Assembly (NCBI GenBank): GCA_009914755.4
Contig: CP068257.2
Coordinates: forward strand, 26,240,001 to 26,304,000
Source: the human T2T-CHM13v2.0 reference genome, Homo sapiens
DNA length: 64,000 nt
Direction: 5' to 3'
Numbering within the stretch: the stretch's first letter is position 1; every line of letters starts with the position of its first letter. This document shows, piece by piece, positions 30,800 through 50,291 of this stretch. Position numbers and translations under genes: made by a program. The notes under the pieces are model-generated. The model did no database searches and had not been told where the DNA came from. It saw only the letters and a program-made list of their open reading frames with translations.

Positions 30800-32340
30800 T
30801 AGATCTCTAGGTCTTATTTATCTTGCGTAATTGAAACTTTGTACACATTAAGTAGCAACCTCTCATTTCCATTCTCCACAGTCGTTGATAACCACTATTC
30901 TGCTCTGTTTCTGAGTTTGACGATTTTAGATATTTCGTATAAATGGAGTCAAGCAGCATTTGTCCTTCTGTGACTGGCTTGTTTCACTTAGCATAATGTC
31001 CTTCAGGTTAATCCATTTTGTCACCTATAACAGGATTTCTTTCTTTTGTAAGTCTGTATAATATTCCATTGCACAGGCAGACACATTTTCTTTATCCATT
31101 TATCTATTGATGGAGATTGAGGTTTTTTTATCTTGGCTCATGTGAATAATGCTACAGTGAACAGGGGAGTGCAGATACTTACCCAAGATCTTGGTTTTAA
31201 TTATATATACCCCAAACTGGGAATGCTGGGTCACATGGTAGTTCTATTTTTATTTTTTTGAGAGACCTTCTTACTGTTTTCCATAGCAGTTGCACCATTT
31301 TATATTCCCATCAACAGTACAGAAAAGTTCCAACTTCTCTATATCCTTATCAATGCATTTTTTAAAAAATAATAGCCATCTTAACAGGTTTGAGGTGAAA
31401 ATATTGTGGTTTTGATTTTCATTGCCCTGCTGATTAGTGATGATGATTATAATATTTTTCATATACCTGTTGGCTATTTGTATGGTTTTTTTTTTTTTTT
31501 TTTTTTTGGCTAAATGTCTATTCAAGTCCTTTGCCTATGGCTTAATCTGCTTTTTTTTAATTACTGCATTGTAGTTCATATATTTTACATATTAACATCT
31601 AACAGATACATGGTTTGGAAAAACATACATTTTCCCCGAGTTCATATGTTGCCTTGTCACTCTGTTGATTGGTTCCTTTGCTTTGCACAAGCTTTTTAGT
31701 TTAATGTAGTTCTGCTTGTCTATGTTTGTTTTGGTTGCCTGTGCTTTTGCTATTACATTCAAGAAATCATTGCCAACACAAATATCATAAAGCATTTTTT
31801 CTGTATTTTTTCTAGGAGTTTTACCGTTTCACGTCTTACATTAAAAAATTTATTCCATGTGGAGTTGATGTTTTTTGTATAGCGTAAGAGAAGGATCCAA
31901 TTTCATTGTTTGCATGAGGTTATTCAGTTTTTCCAATACCATGTGTTGAAGAGATTATCCCTTTCCCATTTTGTATTTTTGTCCCACTTGTCAAAATTCA
32001 AGTATATGTGACAGTACATAACAATATATGTAGGGATTTATTTCTGTACTCTCTATTCTATTTCATTGGTGTATCTGTCTGCTTTGTGCTACTATTATGC
32101 TATTTTAATTATTGTAGCTTTGTAATGTATTTTGAAACCTGGTAGCGTTATGCCTTCATCTTTGTTCTTCTTTCACAAGATTGCTTTGGTTACTCAGGGT
32201 CTTTTTTGGTTCCATATGAATTTTATAATTGTTTTCAATTTTTGTAAAAACTTGCCATTGGGATTTTCATAGGGATGTTATTGAATCTATACCCTGTTTT
32301 GGATAGTATGGACATTTTAACATGAAGTTTTATTCAATGT
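30800..32340 (-). mobile_element. L1 3' portion (ORF2 C-terminus and 3' UTR) in antisense
   Basis: Typical antisense-L1 strings: 'catttgtccttctgtgactggcttgtttcacttagcataatgtccttcaggttaatccattttgtcacc', 'ccattgcacaggcagacacattttctttatccatttatctattgatggag', 'tgctgggtcacatggtagttctatttttatttttttgagagaccttcttactgttttccatagcagttgcaccattttatattcccatcaacagtacagaaaagttccaacttctc', 'gattttcattgccctgctgattagtgatgatga'. Confidence 0.8.
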
Positions 32341-32897
32341 TTACTCTCATCTCAGTGAATGAGAACTGGAAAAGAAAACTTAGAGCAGCATTTATTCTAC
32401 TGATTTTGATTATTTCTGTTTTTCTGATTCATTTGGAAGTGGGTGAGTGGGTGACTGAAGAATCTCAGTGGAATTTTTAAGCCTACCAAAAAAAACAGCT
32501 TTACTGGGTCAAAAATTACTCAGGGTAAGTCAGAGATATGACTCTAAACTTATTTAAAGATCCCACTGTAATTTCCAGCCACCCACTACAAAATCAGCCA
32601 GTGAAGCAGAAATCATCAAAACTATTTGAGTAAGTGCCATTCTGCATTCTCTTTTCAATTTTCTTTTCTAGTTTTCATTCACTGAAGTGAAGAATAAGCA
32701 TTGAATATAACTTCGTGTGATTTTATGGTTCTTAAGTGGTGTCCAATTTCAGAAAAGAAAAATAAGTCTCTTTCCTGATGTACTTCATGCTGCTTTGATG
32801 ACCACTGCCTTGGTTTATGCATTTTTCTTCATATGAATTTCAGCAGTGACCTTTTTATGGATATGTTATTAGTAGTAGTAGTAGTATCATCATTTAA

Positions 32898-33282
<385 letters not shown>

Positions 33283-33289
33283 TAAAATT

Positions 33290-33352
33290 CTAAGCAATGT
33301 TCACACACATGCATACACACATAAACACACACGCACACACATGCATACACAC
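33290..33352. repeat. Imperfect (CA)n / (CACACATG)n microsatellite
   Basis: 'cacacacatgcatacacacataaacacacacgcacacacatgcatacacac'. Confidence 0.6.
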
Positions 33353-33699
33353 TGAGAACGTACTATCCACCAGGAATGGTCCTAATTGACATACCAAAGA
33401 TGTATAAAAATTAAGTTGATCTTCACAACAATCAAATGGGTGGGTACCATTATTATCCTATTATGTGGATGAGTAAAGAAACTGGACTCAGAGAGATAAT
33501 TTGCTCAAGTTTGCACAGCTATTGAAAGAGATTTGCCTGATTTCAAACCCAGTTAGGCTTATTCTTCATCTTAGGCACTACATAGGTAAGTTTTGTGTAC
33601 AAATATTGGCATTGTTTTAAATTGCAAATAATTAGCGAATTGATCTGAAATTAGCCAAACGGTTTGAAAATTAATACACGATAAGATTAATACAGATCC

Positions 33700-33870
33700 T
33701 TAATCTGAAATGCTAAGGAACAGAAGTGTTTTGGATTTTAGGGTTTTTTGGATTTTGAGATATTTGCATTATTCTGTTTGAGCATCCCAAATCTGAAATA
33801 TTTGAAGCATTTTACTCAGCATTTTGTTTGAGCATCACTTCAATACTCAAAAGTTTTAAACTGAGCATTC
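33700..33870 (-). mobile_element. Possible fragment of a DNA-transposon/MER-type repeat (unresolved)
   Basis: 'agtgttttggattttagggttttttggattttgagatatttgcat...catcccaaatctgaaatatttgaagc' resembles the reverse complement of a repeat motif I recall as '...atgcaaatattccaaaatccgaaaaaatccgaaatccaaaacac...'. I cannot name the family. Confidence 0.3.
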
Positions 33871-34148
33871 AGAATTACAAATTTTCAAATCTAGGATGTT
33901 TCACCTGTATCTCAGTACGATATATTCAAATTTTACAGTATTTGCTGGCTACATATACAATACAAAACATTATGTTCAATCCAAAACATTCTGTGTTGAA
34001 AAATATTTAATATTCTAGAGAGTATTGAAAATAATGTTATAACAATCAGTAAAAAAAATTACACTATATATGAATGCTGAATGAGTCTAAAATACCAATA
34101 TTAAAACAAAATATTTAAATTGGTTAACTCCCATTAAAACTGTGGTTG

Positions 34149-34649
<501 letters not shown>

Positions 34650-35811
34650 TCACCTGTCATCCACCTAACATTGTTCTAGAAGGAATATGTAATGAATGAT
34701 TGAACTTTCCTTCGCATATTTGTACACACCATTGTTTCTAAGAAATAAAGCCACATTGCAGCAACTAACTAATTAAAGAGAATGAATGAATGACAAGGAT
34801 TTCTAGAAAAGCATGTTTCCAGATCTCTGCATATAAGCGAAGTGCCTGCCTAGGTTTCTTTGTGATTCTCTTGGTATAAATGAATTCAGAAGGTGGGAAC
34901 TCTTTTATTATCTAGTTATATCATAAAGATGATAGAATACTTCATAAGATTTAAATGTCTAAATGCACAGAATATGCTTTTAAATTAATTATCCTCACAT
35001 GACAGTTGGGGGAATATCCAGTAAAATTATCGGAAACCAAAATTCTTACACAGCAGTTCGAGAAATGAAATAGAAAAGTGTTGTGAAAGAGAGTAGCAAA
35101 TGGGACATGTGCCAAGTGGGCAAATGAGGGTCTAAGTCAACATATTTTACTCCAGAATTTTCTCCTCACCACATTTCTTCTCATTCTGGTCATTGGCAGT
35201 CTGTGACAACAATACTTCCTGAAAATGTGTTGCAGCTGTAGAGTAATTCCATAGCAGATTTATTTTCCTTTGGCACTTTTTGTAATTGGCATTGAGGAAA
35301 CATACAAGAATTATTCCTTATCTTTTTTACGTTGGCAAGTTTTATATTGTTTAAACGATTTCTTTAGTTGTGTAAAATATCATTTGGTAGAATATTAGAA
35401 GAAGTTTGGGCTTTCAAGTTTGTTGATTTGAGTGAGAGGTATATTGACCAGTTTTAGCACAAGATAGAATTTAATTATCTTGGCTACTTAGGAAAAAATA
35501 CACACAGAGATACATACACACAGACAAGCAAATATCTTCAATAGTATCATATCTAATGTATATGTTTTCCTTAGAGCCTTAACTGAAACATACATGCTAA
35601 ATTTTATACAGATATTTTATCTCAATATACACAAGTTACATATGTGGATATAATATGAAGTTGAAAATCCTGAAGATAACCATATGTGATGAGTTTATTG
35701 TTAAGATCAGAAAATACGAATGTTCTGAACTCCACAAAAACTCGGCAAATGTAATTACAAAAAACGCAAAAATGTTCAAAAGTGTATTTACTAAACTTTT
35801 TAGTATTACTG

Positions 35812-36253
35812 TTGTTTTTATTCTTTTTATTGATATATATCAGAGTTGTATATATTTTAGGGGTACATGGGATAGTTTGATACATGTATGTAATGTGAAA
35901 TGATCAAATCAGGGTTACTGGGTAATCTATTTTTTCCTTGTATTGGAAACACTATAGTTCTTTTCTAGCTATTTTGAAATATACAATAAAATATTAACAA
36001 TAAATTAGAACTTATTATTTCTGTCCAACTGTGTTATTTACTATTAACTAATTCTTTTTCATCCTCCCTACCCCTCTCACACTTTGATAACCACCATTCT
36101 ACTCTCTATCTCAAGGAAATCCACTTTCTTTGCTCCCCCATATGAGTGAGAACATGGAATGTTTGTCTTTCTGTGCCTGGGTTATTTCACTTAACATAAT
36201 GACATCCAGTTCTGTTTATGTTGCTGCAAATGACAAGATTTCATTTTTTTATG
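35812..36253 (-). mobile_element. L1 3'-terminal fragment (antisense)
   Basis: 'ttttattgatatatatcagagttgtatatattttaggggtacatgggatagtttgatacatgtatgtaatgtg...catcctccctacccctctcacac...cccccatatgagtgagaacatggaatgtttgtctttctgtgcctgggttatttcacttaacataatgacatccagttctgtttatgttgctgcaaatgacaagatttcatttttttatggctaaatagt' matches the antisense L1 3' end. Confidence 0.7.
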
Positions 36254-36517
36254 GCTAAATAGTGGCCAGCAAGAATACAAAAACAGTGCTCACTATTACC
36301 AATCATCAGGGAAATGCAAATCAAAACCACAATGAGATATCAACTCATCCCAGTTGGAATGGCTATTATTAAATAGAAATAAATAAAATATGTTAGCTAG
36401 GATGCAAAGAAAGGGGAACGCTCATACACTGTTACGGGAATGTAAAGTAGTACAGCCATATGGAAGACAGTATAGAAATTACTCAAAAACAAAACAAAAT
36501 AAAACAAAACAAAAAAA

Positions 36518-36776
36518 GCCTGTAATCCCAGCAGTTTGGGAGGTGAAGGCCGGCAGATCGCTTGAGGTTAGGAGTTCGACCAGCCTGGTCAACATGGGGA
36601 AACACTATCTCTACTAAAATTACAAAAATTAGCTTGGCGCGGTAGTGCATGCCTGTAATCCCAGCTACTTGGAAAGCTGAGGCAGGAGAATTGCTTGAAC
36701 CCAGGAGGTGGTGGTTATAGTGAGCCGAAATCATGCCAATGCACTCCAGCCTGAGTGGCAGAGCAAGACTCTGTCT

Positions 36777-36807
<31 letters not shown>
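36518..36807 (+). mobile_element. 5'-truncated Alu SINE with an A29 tail, inserted in L1
   Basis: 'gcctgtaatcccagcagtttgggaggtgaaggccggcagatcgcttgaggttaggagttcgaccagcctggtcaacatggggaaacactatctc...cactccagcctgagtggcagagcaagactctgtctc' followed by A29. A (CAAAA)n-like run precedes it at 36483-36517. Confidence 0.9.
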
Positions 36808-36812
<5 letters not shown>

Positions 36813-37329
36813 ACGATGTAATCCATCAATCCCATTACTGGCTATATATCCAAAGAGGGGAAATCAGTATATTAAAGACATATCTGCACTCCCATATTCA
36901 TTGCAGCAATATTCACAATAGTGAAGCTATGGAATCAACCTAAGTGTCCATCAACAGATAAATGGATAAAGAGTATCTATATGTATATGAGTACATATAT
37001 GAAAAAATATATATGAATCCTAAACTTTGTAAGAAATTAGTATAGTTTTAGGCTTACAGAAGAACTGTGAGGGCGACAGAGTTTTCATGTGCACCACACT
37101 GAGTTTTTATTGTTGCAAACATTATACATTAGTATGGTAACTTTTTTTACAATTAATAAACAAATACAAGTATATTATTTTAACAGTAGTCTACACTTTA
37201 TTCAGGTTTCCTTGGCTTTAGATTTCTGTCCCAGGATCCCATCAAGAATAAAATTACATTTTTCTGTCATGTCTCCTTAGGCTACTGTGGGCCATGACAA
37301 TTTCTTAGAGGTTTTCTGTTTTTGATGAC

Positions 37330-39352
37330 TGATATGGTTTGACTGTGTCCCCACCCAAATCTCAACTTGAATTATATCAGTAGAGTGGAGAGTTGCTGAA
37401 AAGATACCCAAAATATGTAAGCAACTTTGGAACTGCATAACAGGCAGAGGTTGGAACAGTTTGGAGGGCTCAGAAGAAGACAGGAAAATGGGGGAAATTT
37501 TGGAAAGCATGATTGGTTCTGAAATGTGAGGACACGAGATTTCGAGGGGTTGAGGTGAAATGATATGGTTTGGCTGTGTCCCCATCCAATCACTTGTTGA
37601 ATGGCTTTGATAAAATGCTGATAGTGATATGAACAATAAGGTCCAGGGTGAGGTGGTCTAAGATGGAGATGAAGAACTTATAGGGAACTGGAGCAAAGGT
37701 GATTCTTGTTATGTTTTAGCAAAGAGACTAGTAGCACTTGTCCCTGCCCTAGAGATCTGTGGAATATTGAACTTGAGATTATTTAAGATACCTGGCAGAA
37801 GAAATTTCTAAGCAGCAAAGCATTCAAAAGGTGACTCGGTGCTGTTAAAAGCATTTTGTTTGGGAAGGGAAACAGCATAAAAGTTCAGAAAGTTTGCAGC
37901 CTGACAATGCAGTAGAAAAGAAAAACCCATTTTTTTGTGGAGAAATTCAAGCCAGCTGCAGAAATTTGCATAAGTAGCAAGGAGGCTAATGCTAATCCCC
38001 AAGACCATGGAGAAGATGTCTCCAGGCCATGTCAGAGACCTTCAGGGAAGCCCCTCCCATCATAAGCCCAGAGGCCGAGGAGGAAAAAGTGGTTTTGTGG
38101 GCCAGGCCCAGGGTCCACATGCTGTGGACTTGGTACCTTGTGTCCCAGCTGCTTCAGACGTGGCTCCAAAGGGCCAATGTAGAGCTTGGGCTGTGACTTC
38201 AGAGGGTGGAAGCCCTAAGCCTTTGCAGTTTGCACATGGTGTTGAGCCTGTTGGTGCACAGAAGTCAAGAATTGAGGTTTGGGAACCTCCATCTAGATTT
38301 CAGAAGATGTATGGAAACTCCTGGATGCCCAGGCGAGTTTGCTGCAGGGGTGGGGCCCTCAGGGAGAACCTCTACTAAGGCACTGTGGAAGGGAAATGTG
38401 GGGTTGGAGCCCCCACACAGAGTCCCTACTTGGGCACTGCCTAGTGGAGCTGTGAGAAGAGGGCCACCGTCCTCCAGACCCCAGAATGGTAGATCTACCG
38501 ACAGCTTGCACCATGCACCTGGAAAAGCCACAGACACTCAGTGCCAGCCCATGAAAGTGGCTGGGAGGGAGGCTGTACCCTGCAAAGTCACAAAGGTGGA
38601 ACTGCCCAAGACCATGAGAACCCACCTCTTGCATCAGCATAACCTGGATGTGAGAACTAAAGTCAAAGGAGATCATTTTGAAGCTTTAAGATTTGACTTC
38701 CCCACTGGATTTTGGACTTGCAAGGGGCCTGTAACCCCTTTGTTTTGGCCAATTTCTCCTATTTAAAACAGCTGTATTTACCCAATACCTGTACCCCCAT
38801 TGTATCTAAGAAGTAACTAGTTTGATTTTGATTTTACAGGCTCATAGGTGGAAAGGACTTGCCTTGTCTCAGATGAGACTTTGGACTGTGCACTTTTGAG
38901 TTAATGGTGGAATGAGTTGAGACTTTGAAGGACTGTTGGGAAGGCATGATTGGTTCTGAAATGTGAGGACACGAGATTTCGAGGGGTCAGGGTGGAATGA
39001 TATGGTTTGGCTGTGTCCCCATCCAAATCACAACTTGAATTGTATCTCTCAGAATTCCCACATGTTGTAGGGGGCACTCAGGGGGAGGTAATTGAATCAT
39101 GGGAGAACAGTCATTTCCATGCTATTCTCATGATAGTGAATAAGTCTCACACTATCCAGTGGTTTTATCAGGGGTTTCCCCTTTGCTTGCTCCTCATTTT
39201 CCCTTGCTGCTGCCATGTAAGAAGTGCCTTTTGCCTCCCGCCATGATTCTGAGGCCTCCCCAGCCATGTGGAACTGTAAGTTCAGTTAAACCTCTTTTGC
39301 TTCCCAGTCTTGGGTATGTCTTTATCAGCAGTGAGTAAACAGACTGATGCAA
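37330..39352 (+). mobile_element. THE1-class MaLR element: 5' LTR reduced to about 45 bp, then internal region and an intact-looking 3' LTR (38998-39352)
   Basis: Starts 'tgatatggtttgactgtgtccccacccaaatctcaacttgaattatatc' then internal sequence. 3' LTR 'tgatatggtttggctgtgtccccatccaaatcacaacttgaattgtatctctcagaattcccacatgttgtagggggcactcagggggaggtaattgaatcatgggagaacag...ccgccatgattctgaggcctccccagccatgtggaactgtaagttcagttaaacctcttttgcttcccagtcttgggtatgtctttatcagcagtgagtaaacagactgatgcaa' is a near match to the THE1B consensus. Confidence 0.75.
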
Positions 39353-40879
39353 TGACCTGAGAGTTTTGAGGGGGTACTCATCATGTACTTCGCAGAATGC
39401 TCAATCAGGTTTTTTCTAATGCTTTTCTCATCATAAGACATAGGTTATTGGTTTTTAAAAGGAAGACCACAAGGTAAAGTGTAATTCTCATCACATTACA
39501 TTAAAAGTAGATACTGTAAGTATAATCTACCACTGATTTTATTGTGTATGTTTAAACTGTACAACATGTCTTGATATACATAGTGAAATAATTAGCATAA
39601 TCAAGCAAATTAATGTATCTATCACTTTACATTGTTTTTGCGTGTGAGGTAAGAGCACCTAAAATGTATTACTGTTGATGTTAATCTTGATCACGTAGCT
39701 GATAGAGTTTGTCATTTTCCTTGACCATAAACTTACTTTTTTCCCCCTTTCTACACTGTAGTCTTTGGGAGGAAGTCACTGCACAGCCTACATTTAAAGA
39801 ATGAGGGCTTATTCTCTACCTCCTTGAGGGCAGAGTGTAATGTAGATACTCATCTATGTTACTTTTACTCTTTATGTAAATTACTTCGAAATTTTCTGCA
39901 TCAGAGATTTGTCTCTTCTCTCCTATTTGTTTATTCATTTATTTATATTGCAACATATTTGTATGGACTCACAAATATATTTCTTAAGCTGGGGTTTATA
40001 TTCAGTATTTAACACTATTTTGTTTTTCAAGGTGTTCTAGCTTTGGCCATTGGGAGCTATTTTAGTTGGCTCCTGTGTCTTTTGTGTGTCTTTGACACAA
40101 TTCTATCATTGTGAGTATTTCTGTTTGTTTGTTTTGGTTTTTTGCACTTGCTTGCCTTCTACCCCTACAAGGTATTCCAAGCACATCTCCTATATTTCTT
40201 GACTCAATCCTAGAACCAGCCACTTCTCCAAAGATTCATGGTTCCTTTTAACAGAGAATAGTATTAGGAACCAAGATCTAAGTGCTAAGTGGGCTTATTG
40301 CTACTTCAGTGTTGATGCTTCCAGACTATGTCAACTGACAGAGAAAAAAAAATGTGTGAGTATATTAACCCATGTATATACACATATTAATAAATATATC
40401 TATATTTCTATAGCCAGAAATATCTATATTAAGCAAAATGTAAGTTCATACTGGTGTATTGAAGTCTACTGTAATAACACATGGATAATTCCAGCCGTAT
40501 CTCCTTGGTCACTGCAATCTCTCGTTCCAAAAGTAAGAAAACTGCCTGTCAGCCACTGTCAGACAATCATTTATATAGTTGTTCAACTCCATTATGTTTG
40601 TATAGTGGTATGAGGATTGTTAATCTGTACCCCTGTGTAAACACCCTTTTCAACTAGAATATGGTGCTTATGTAGTTTCTTTTGCCTTTACTATTACAGA
40701 CTCATCTCCATTTATTTTCAAAGTTACTTATGTCACCACTGTTATCCTCCACTCCCTTCAGATAAGATATTTCATACATTTGTAATACAGTTAGATATTT
40801 TTTGTCTCAGCCTGAATTCCATCTTGGAGTCTCCTGACCTCTAAATGACTTTTTAAAAAATCTGTGTAAGGTTAGGTTT

Positions 40880-43050
40880 ACTTTTTGTTTTGTAAAGTTC
40901 TGTGGATTGCAACAGACTGATAGTGTATGTACTCAATATTTCAGCATCACACAGAATAATCTCAGCTCCCTAAAAAACCTCTGTGTTCCATCTCTTCACT
41001 ACTGTCACCCATCCCACAAACCCCCACTGAATGCCTGGCAACCACTGGTATGTTAAGCATATCTATAGTTTAGCCTTTTTAAAAAATAGCATATGAATAT
41101 AATCATATGGTAAGTAGCATTTTCCAGCTGGATAGTTTTCCTTAGCAATATGCATTTAAGATTCACCCATATCTTTGCATGGCTTGACACTTCATCCTTT
41201 TTTATTATTTAATAGTATTTCATTGAATGGATTTTTTGTATTATGCTTATCTATTTACTTATTGAAGGACACTCTGGTTGCTTACAGTTTTTGGTGATTA
41301 TGAATAAAAATACAATAAACATAGCTTTGTTAAGAAATTGTCAAACTGTTTTCCAGGGTGGCTGTATCATTTGCAGTTCCACTAGCAAGAATGGTTGCTC
41401 AGCCTCCTTCCCTGTGATTGATGTTATCAGGTTTATTTGGGAGACAGGAGGGAGCTCTTAGCCGCAGTCCAACAGTTGTGTAGTGGTATATCATCATTGT
41501 TTTCATTTGAAGCAAATTTTCAAGCAAATGATGTATCATTTTCTTAGGTGCCATCTGTTACATTTAGTAATGTAACGGTTTATATATTTTGCTCATTTTT
41601 AATTGGGTCTTTTGGTTTAATATTGCTGACTTTTAGTGTTCCTAGCATGCTTTGGATACTACTCATTTATCAGATATATTTTGCAAATGCTTTCTCCACG
41701 TGCATGGCTTCACTTTTTATTCTATCAACAGTCACTTTCACAAAATATTTCATTTTTAATGAAATAGAAGATCAATATTTTATTTCATTAATCATCCTTT
41801 TGTTGTTTTATCTAAAAACTTGTCATCAAATTCAAGGGCATGTAGATTTTGCCCACGTTTTCTTCTAGAGCTTTTATAGTTTGTCATTTTACATTTAGGT
41901 CTATGATGCATTTTAACTTAATTTTTCAGTAAAGTGTAAAGTCTGTGTTTAGGATTATTTTATCATATGACCATCCAAATAAGTCTATCTTTACTCCATT
42001 GAACTGAATTTTTGCCTTTGTCAAAAATCAATTGACAATATTTGTGTGGGTCTAGTATGCTTTATTCTATTGATTCACATGTTTTGTTTTGTTTTGTTTT
42101 TCCTTTGGCAAACTACACTGTCTCAATTATAGTTGCCTTATAGTAAATTTAAAAATTGGGTAGTATGAGTCCTCCAACTTTGTTATTCTTTTTCAGTACT
42201 GTGTGGGATATTCTAGAGCCTTTGCTTTTCCATATGAACTTCAGAAAACTATTATATCTACAAAATAGTTTTCTGGGTTTTGACTGAGTTTGCATTGAAT
42301 CTATAGATCAAATTGGCAAGAATTAACATCAAATATAAATATATGTATATTTTTTATTTAATTTCAAATTTAATTGTTTATTATTGGTATTTAGGAAAGC
42401 AATTGACTTTGTACATTTAAAATGTACCATGCAATGTGCTATACTACTCATTAGTGACAGGAGTTTTTTGGTGGATTCTTTGAGGTTACTTACATAGACA
42501 GTTACATCATTTGTAATGAAAGACGGTTTTATTTCTTTCCTTTTCATAGTTTATAAATAGAATTTATTTTAATGTCATATTGCACAAACTAGGACTTTCA
42601 GTATGTTGTTTAATAGCATGGGAAAACATCTTTGCCTTCTTCTGAATCTTAGGAGAAAAGTGTTCAGTGTTGTAAGTTAAGTATGATGTTAATTGTAGGT
42701 TTTGTGTAAATGTATCTTATTGAGGTGAGAAAATTCCCCTTTTACCCTAGGTTTTCTGAGATTCATTATCATAAATGAGTGTTGAGTTTTGTCAAATGCA
42801 TTTTTGATATCAACTCATATAATCATATACTTTTTTCTTTAACATGTTGATATGGTGGATTACATTTATTGAATATTTAATGGTGAATCACTCTTGTATA
42901 CCTCAATCCTTCATTTGTGTTGCAATGAAAAAGGGATGTATTGTTATTGGTCTGTTTCACTTTGTTACGATATATGGTTGTCCATACTGTCTACTCATGC
43001 CCCAATATCTTGTAGATATTTAAAAAATAAAACAGCTCTTTAAATTTTTC
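40880..43050 (-). mobile_element. L1 (ORF2 3' half and 3' end) in antisense, an older subfamily
   Basis: Antisense-L1 hallmarks: 'gtcaaactgttttccagggtggctgtatcatttgcagttccactagcaagaatg', 'tgctcatttttaattgggtcttttggtttaatattgctgacttttagtgttcctagcatgctttggatactactcatttatcagatatattttgcaaatgctttctcc', 'gtatgagtcctccaactttgttattctttttcagtactgtgtgggatattctagagcctttgcttttccatatgaacttcag'. Confidence 0.75.
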
Positions 43051-43312
43051 CTATACCCTTGATTTGTTGAGAGTTTAATGAAGAAACAGAAAACACTTTG
43101 AATATTTTAAGCAAGAAAGAATTCATTAAAGTAAGTAAATGCTTACAAATTTATTGACAGAGGAAAAGGAGCAAAAGTCAGGGACGGCCAATGAAGTATA
43201 GATCTCTCACAGCGGTTTCCATAGAAGAACGTTAATTAGTATAGTGACTAATAATAATAAAAATAGCTAATCTTTTTCAAGAATTTACCATGTGACAGAA
43301 ACATAGATCTAG

Positions 43313-43659
<347 letters not shown>

Positions 43660-43703
43660 TCAAGGTAGACCAAGACCAGTAGATTAAAACAGAAATCAGA
43701 GAT

Positions 43704-44076
43704 GTGCTATGGTTTGGCCCTGTGTCGCCACCCAAATCTCGTCTAGAATTGTAATCCCCAACTGTTGAGAGAGGAACCTGGTGGGAGGTGATTGTATCGT
43801 GGGAGCCATTTCCCCTGTGCTGTTCTTGTTATGGTGAATGAGTTCTCATGAGATCTGATGTTTTTAAAGTAGCAGTTTCCCCTGTGCACACACACACTCT
43901 CTCTCCTGCCACCTTGTAAAGAAGGTACTTGGTTCTCCTTCACCTTCCACCATAATTGTAAGTTCCCTGAGGCCTTCCCAGCCATGCAGAACAGTGAGTC
44001 AATTAAACATCTTTCCTTTATAAATTACACAGTCTCAGGCAGTTCTTTATAACAGTGTGAAAACGAATTAATACAA
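43704..44076 (+). mobile_element. Solo MaLR LTR (MST/THE1-like)
   Basis: 'tgctatggtttggccctgtgtcgccacccaaatctcgtctagaattgtaatccccaactgttgagagaggaacctggtgggaggtgattgtatcgtgggagcc...ccaccataattgtaagttccctgaggccttcccagccatgcagaacagtgagtcaattaaacatctttcctttataaattacacagtctcaggcagttctttataacagtgtgaaaacgaattaatacaa'. Confidence 0.75.
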
Positions 44077-44289
44077 AACTTCAATTTAACAATTAAATCA
44101 TGTGATAAATACAGTCCTCTCATCGTGTTGCTTAAAATTAGGGATCAGAATCTCAACGAGAGGAATAGAAATATTGCCTGATTTCAGACGAACACCCCCT
44201 TGTATTAATTTCCAGAAGTCAGAAACTATAGTCTATAAGCCAAAATTGGGCTCACCATGTGTTTTTATATGGCCAGCAAGCCAAGCATA

Positions 44290-49930
<5,641 letters not shown>

Positions 49931-49986
49931 AAATTTCTAACTTTTTTTTACCTTCCATGCTTTCTGTTGAATGCATTCCTTTATTT

Positions 49987-50291
49987 ATTTATTTTTTATT
50001 TTAGTTTAATTTTTTGAGACGGTGTCTCACTCTGTTGCCCAGGCTGGAGTGCAGTGGTGCAATTTTGGCTCACTGCAAGTTCTACCTCCCGGTTCACGCC
50101 ATTCTCCTGTCTCAGCCTCCTGAGTAGCTGGGACTACAGGCACCCACCACTATGCTTAATTTTTTGTATTTTTAGTAGAGATGGGGTTTCACCATCTTGG
50201 CCAGGATGGTTTCAATCTCCTGACCTCGTGATCCACCCACCTGGGCCTCCCAAAGTGCTGGGATTACAGGCGTGAGCCACCATGCCTAGCC
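49987..50291 (-). mobile_element. Alu SINE (antisense) with a T-rich tail, 13-bp TSD
   Basis: 'gagacggtgtctcactctgttgcccaggctggagtgcagtggtgcaattttggctcactgcaagttctacctcccggttcacgccattctcctgtctcagcctcctgagtagctgggactacaggcacccaccactatgc...ggattacaggcgtgagccaccatgcctagcc'. Direct repeat 'cattcctttattt' at 49974-49986 and 50293-50305. Confidence 0.95.

Larger units (their letters stand above)
36254..40860 (+). mobile_element. Old L1 (L1MA/L1PB-like) ORF2 C-terminus plus long 3' UTR, interrupted by an Alu (36518-36807) and a THE1-class element (37330-39352)
   Basis: 'gccagcaagaatacaaaaacagtgctcactattaccaatcatcagggaaatgcaaatcaaaaccacaatgagatatcaactcatcccagttggaatggctattattaaa', resuming after the Alu with 'cccattactggctatatatccaaagagg...cattgcagcaatattcacaatagtgaagctatggaatcaacctaagtgtccatcaacagataaatggataaag'. 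3' UTR-like blocks sit at 37010-37320 and 39360-40860, e.g. 'gttgatgttaatcttgatcacgtagctgatagagtttgtcattttccttgaccataaacttacttttttccccctttctacactgtagtctttgggaggaagtcactgcacagcc' and 'ctttggccattgggagctattttagttggctcctgtgtc'. The subfamily call is from memory only. Confidence 0.6.

Noticed and set aside
35812-36400. Possible L1 twin-priming (5'-inversion) structure: antisense L1 tail directly abutting a sense L1.
   Set aside because: In twin priming the inverted segment corresponds to L1 sequence upstream of the sense segment. Here the inverted piece (terminal 3' UTR) lies within the range covered by the sense piece (ORF2 C-terminus through 3' UTR), so two independent insertions is the simpler explanation.
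37989-38766. ORFs of 129 aa and 186 aa (+) and 90-105 aa (-) in a GC-richer block.
   Set aside because: They fall within the THE1/MaLR internal region. MaLR internal sequences are non-coding, with no gag or pol. The peptides have no recognisable domains and overlap one another in different frames.
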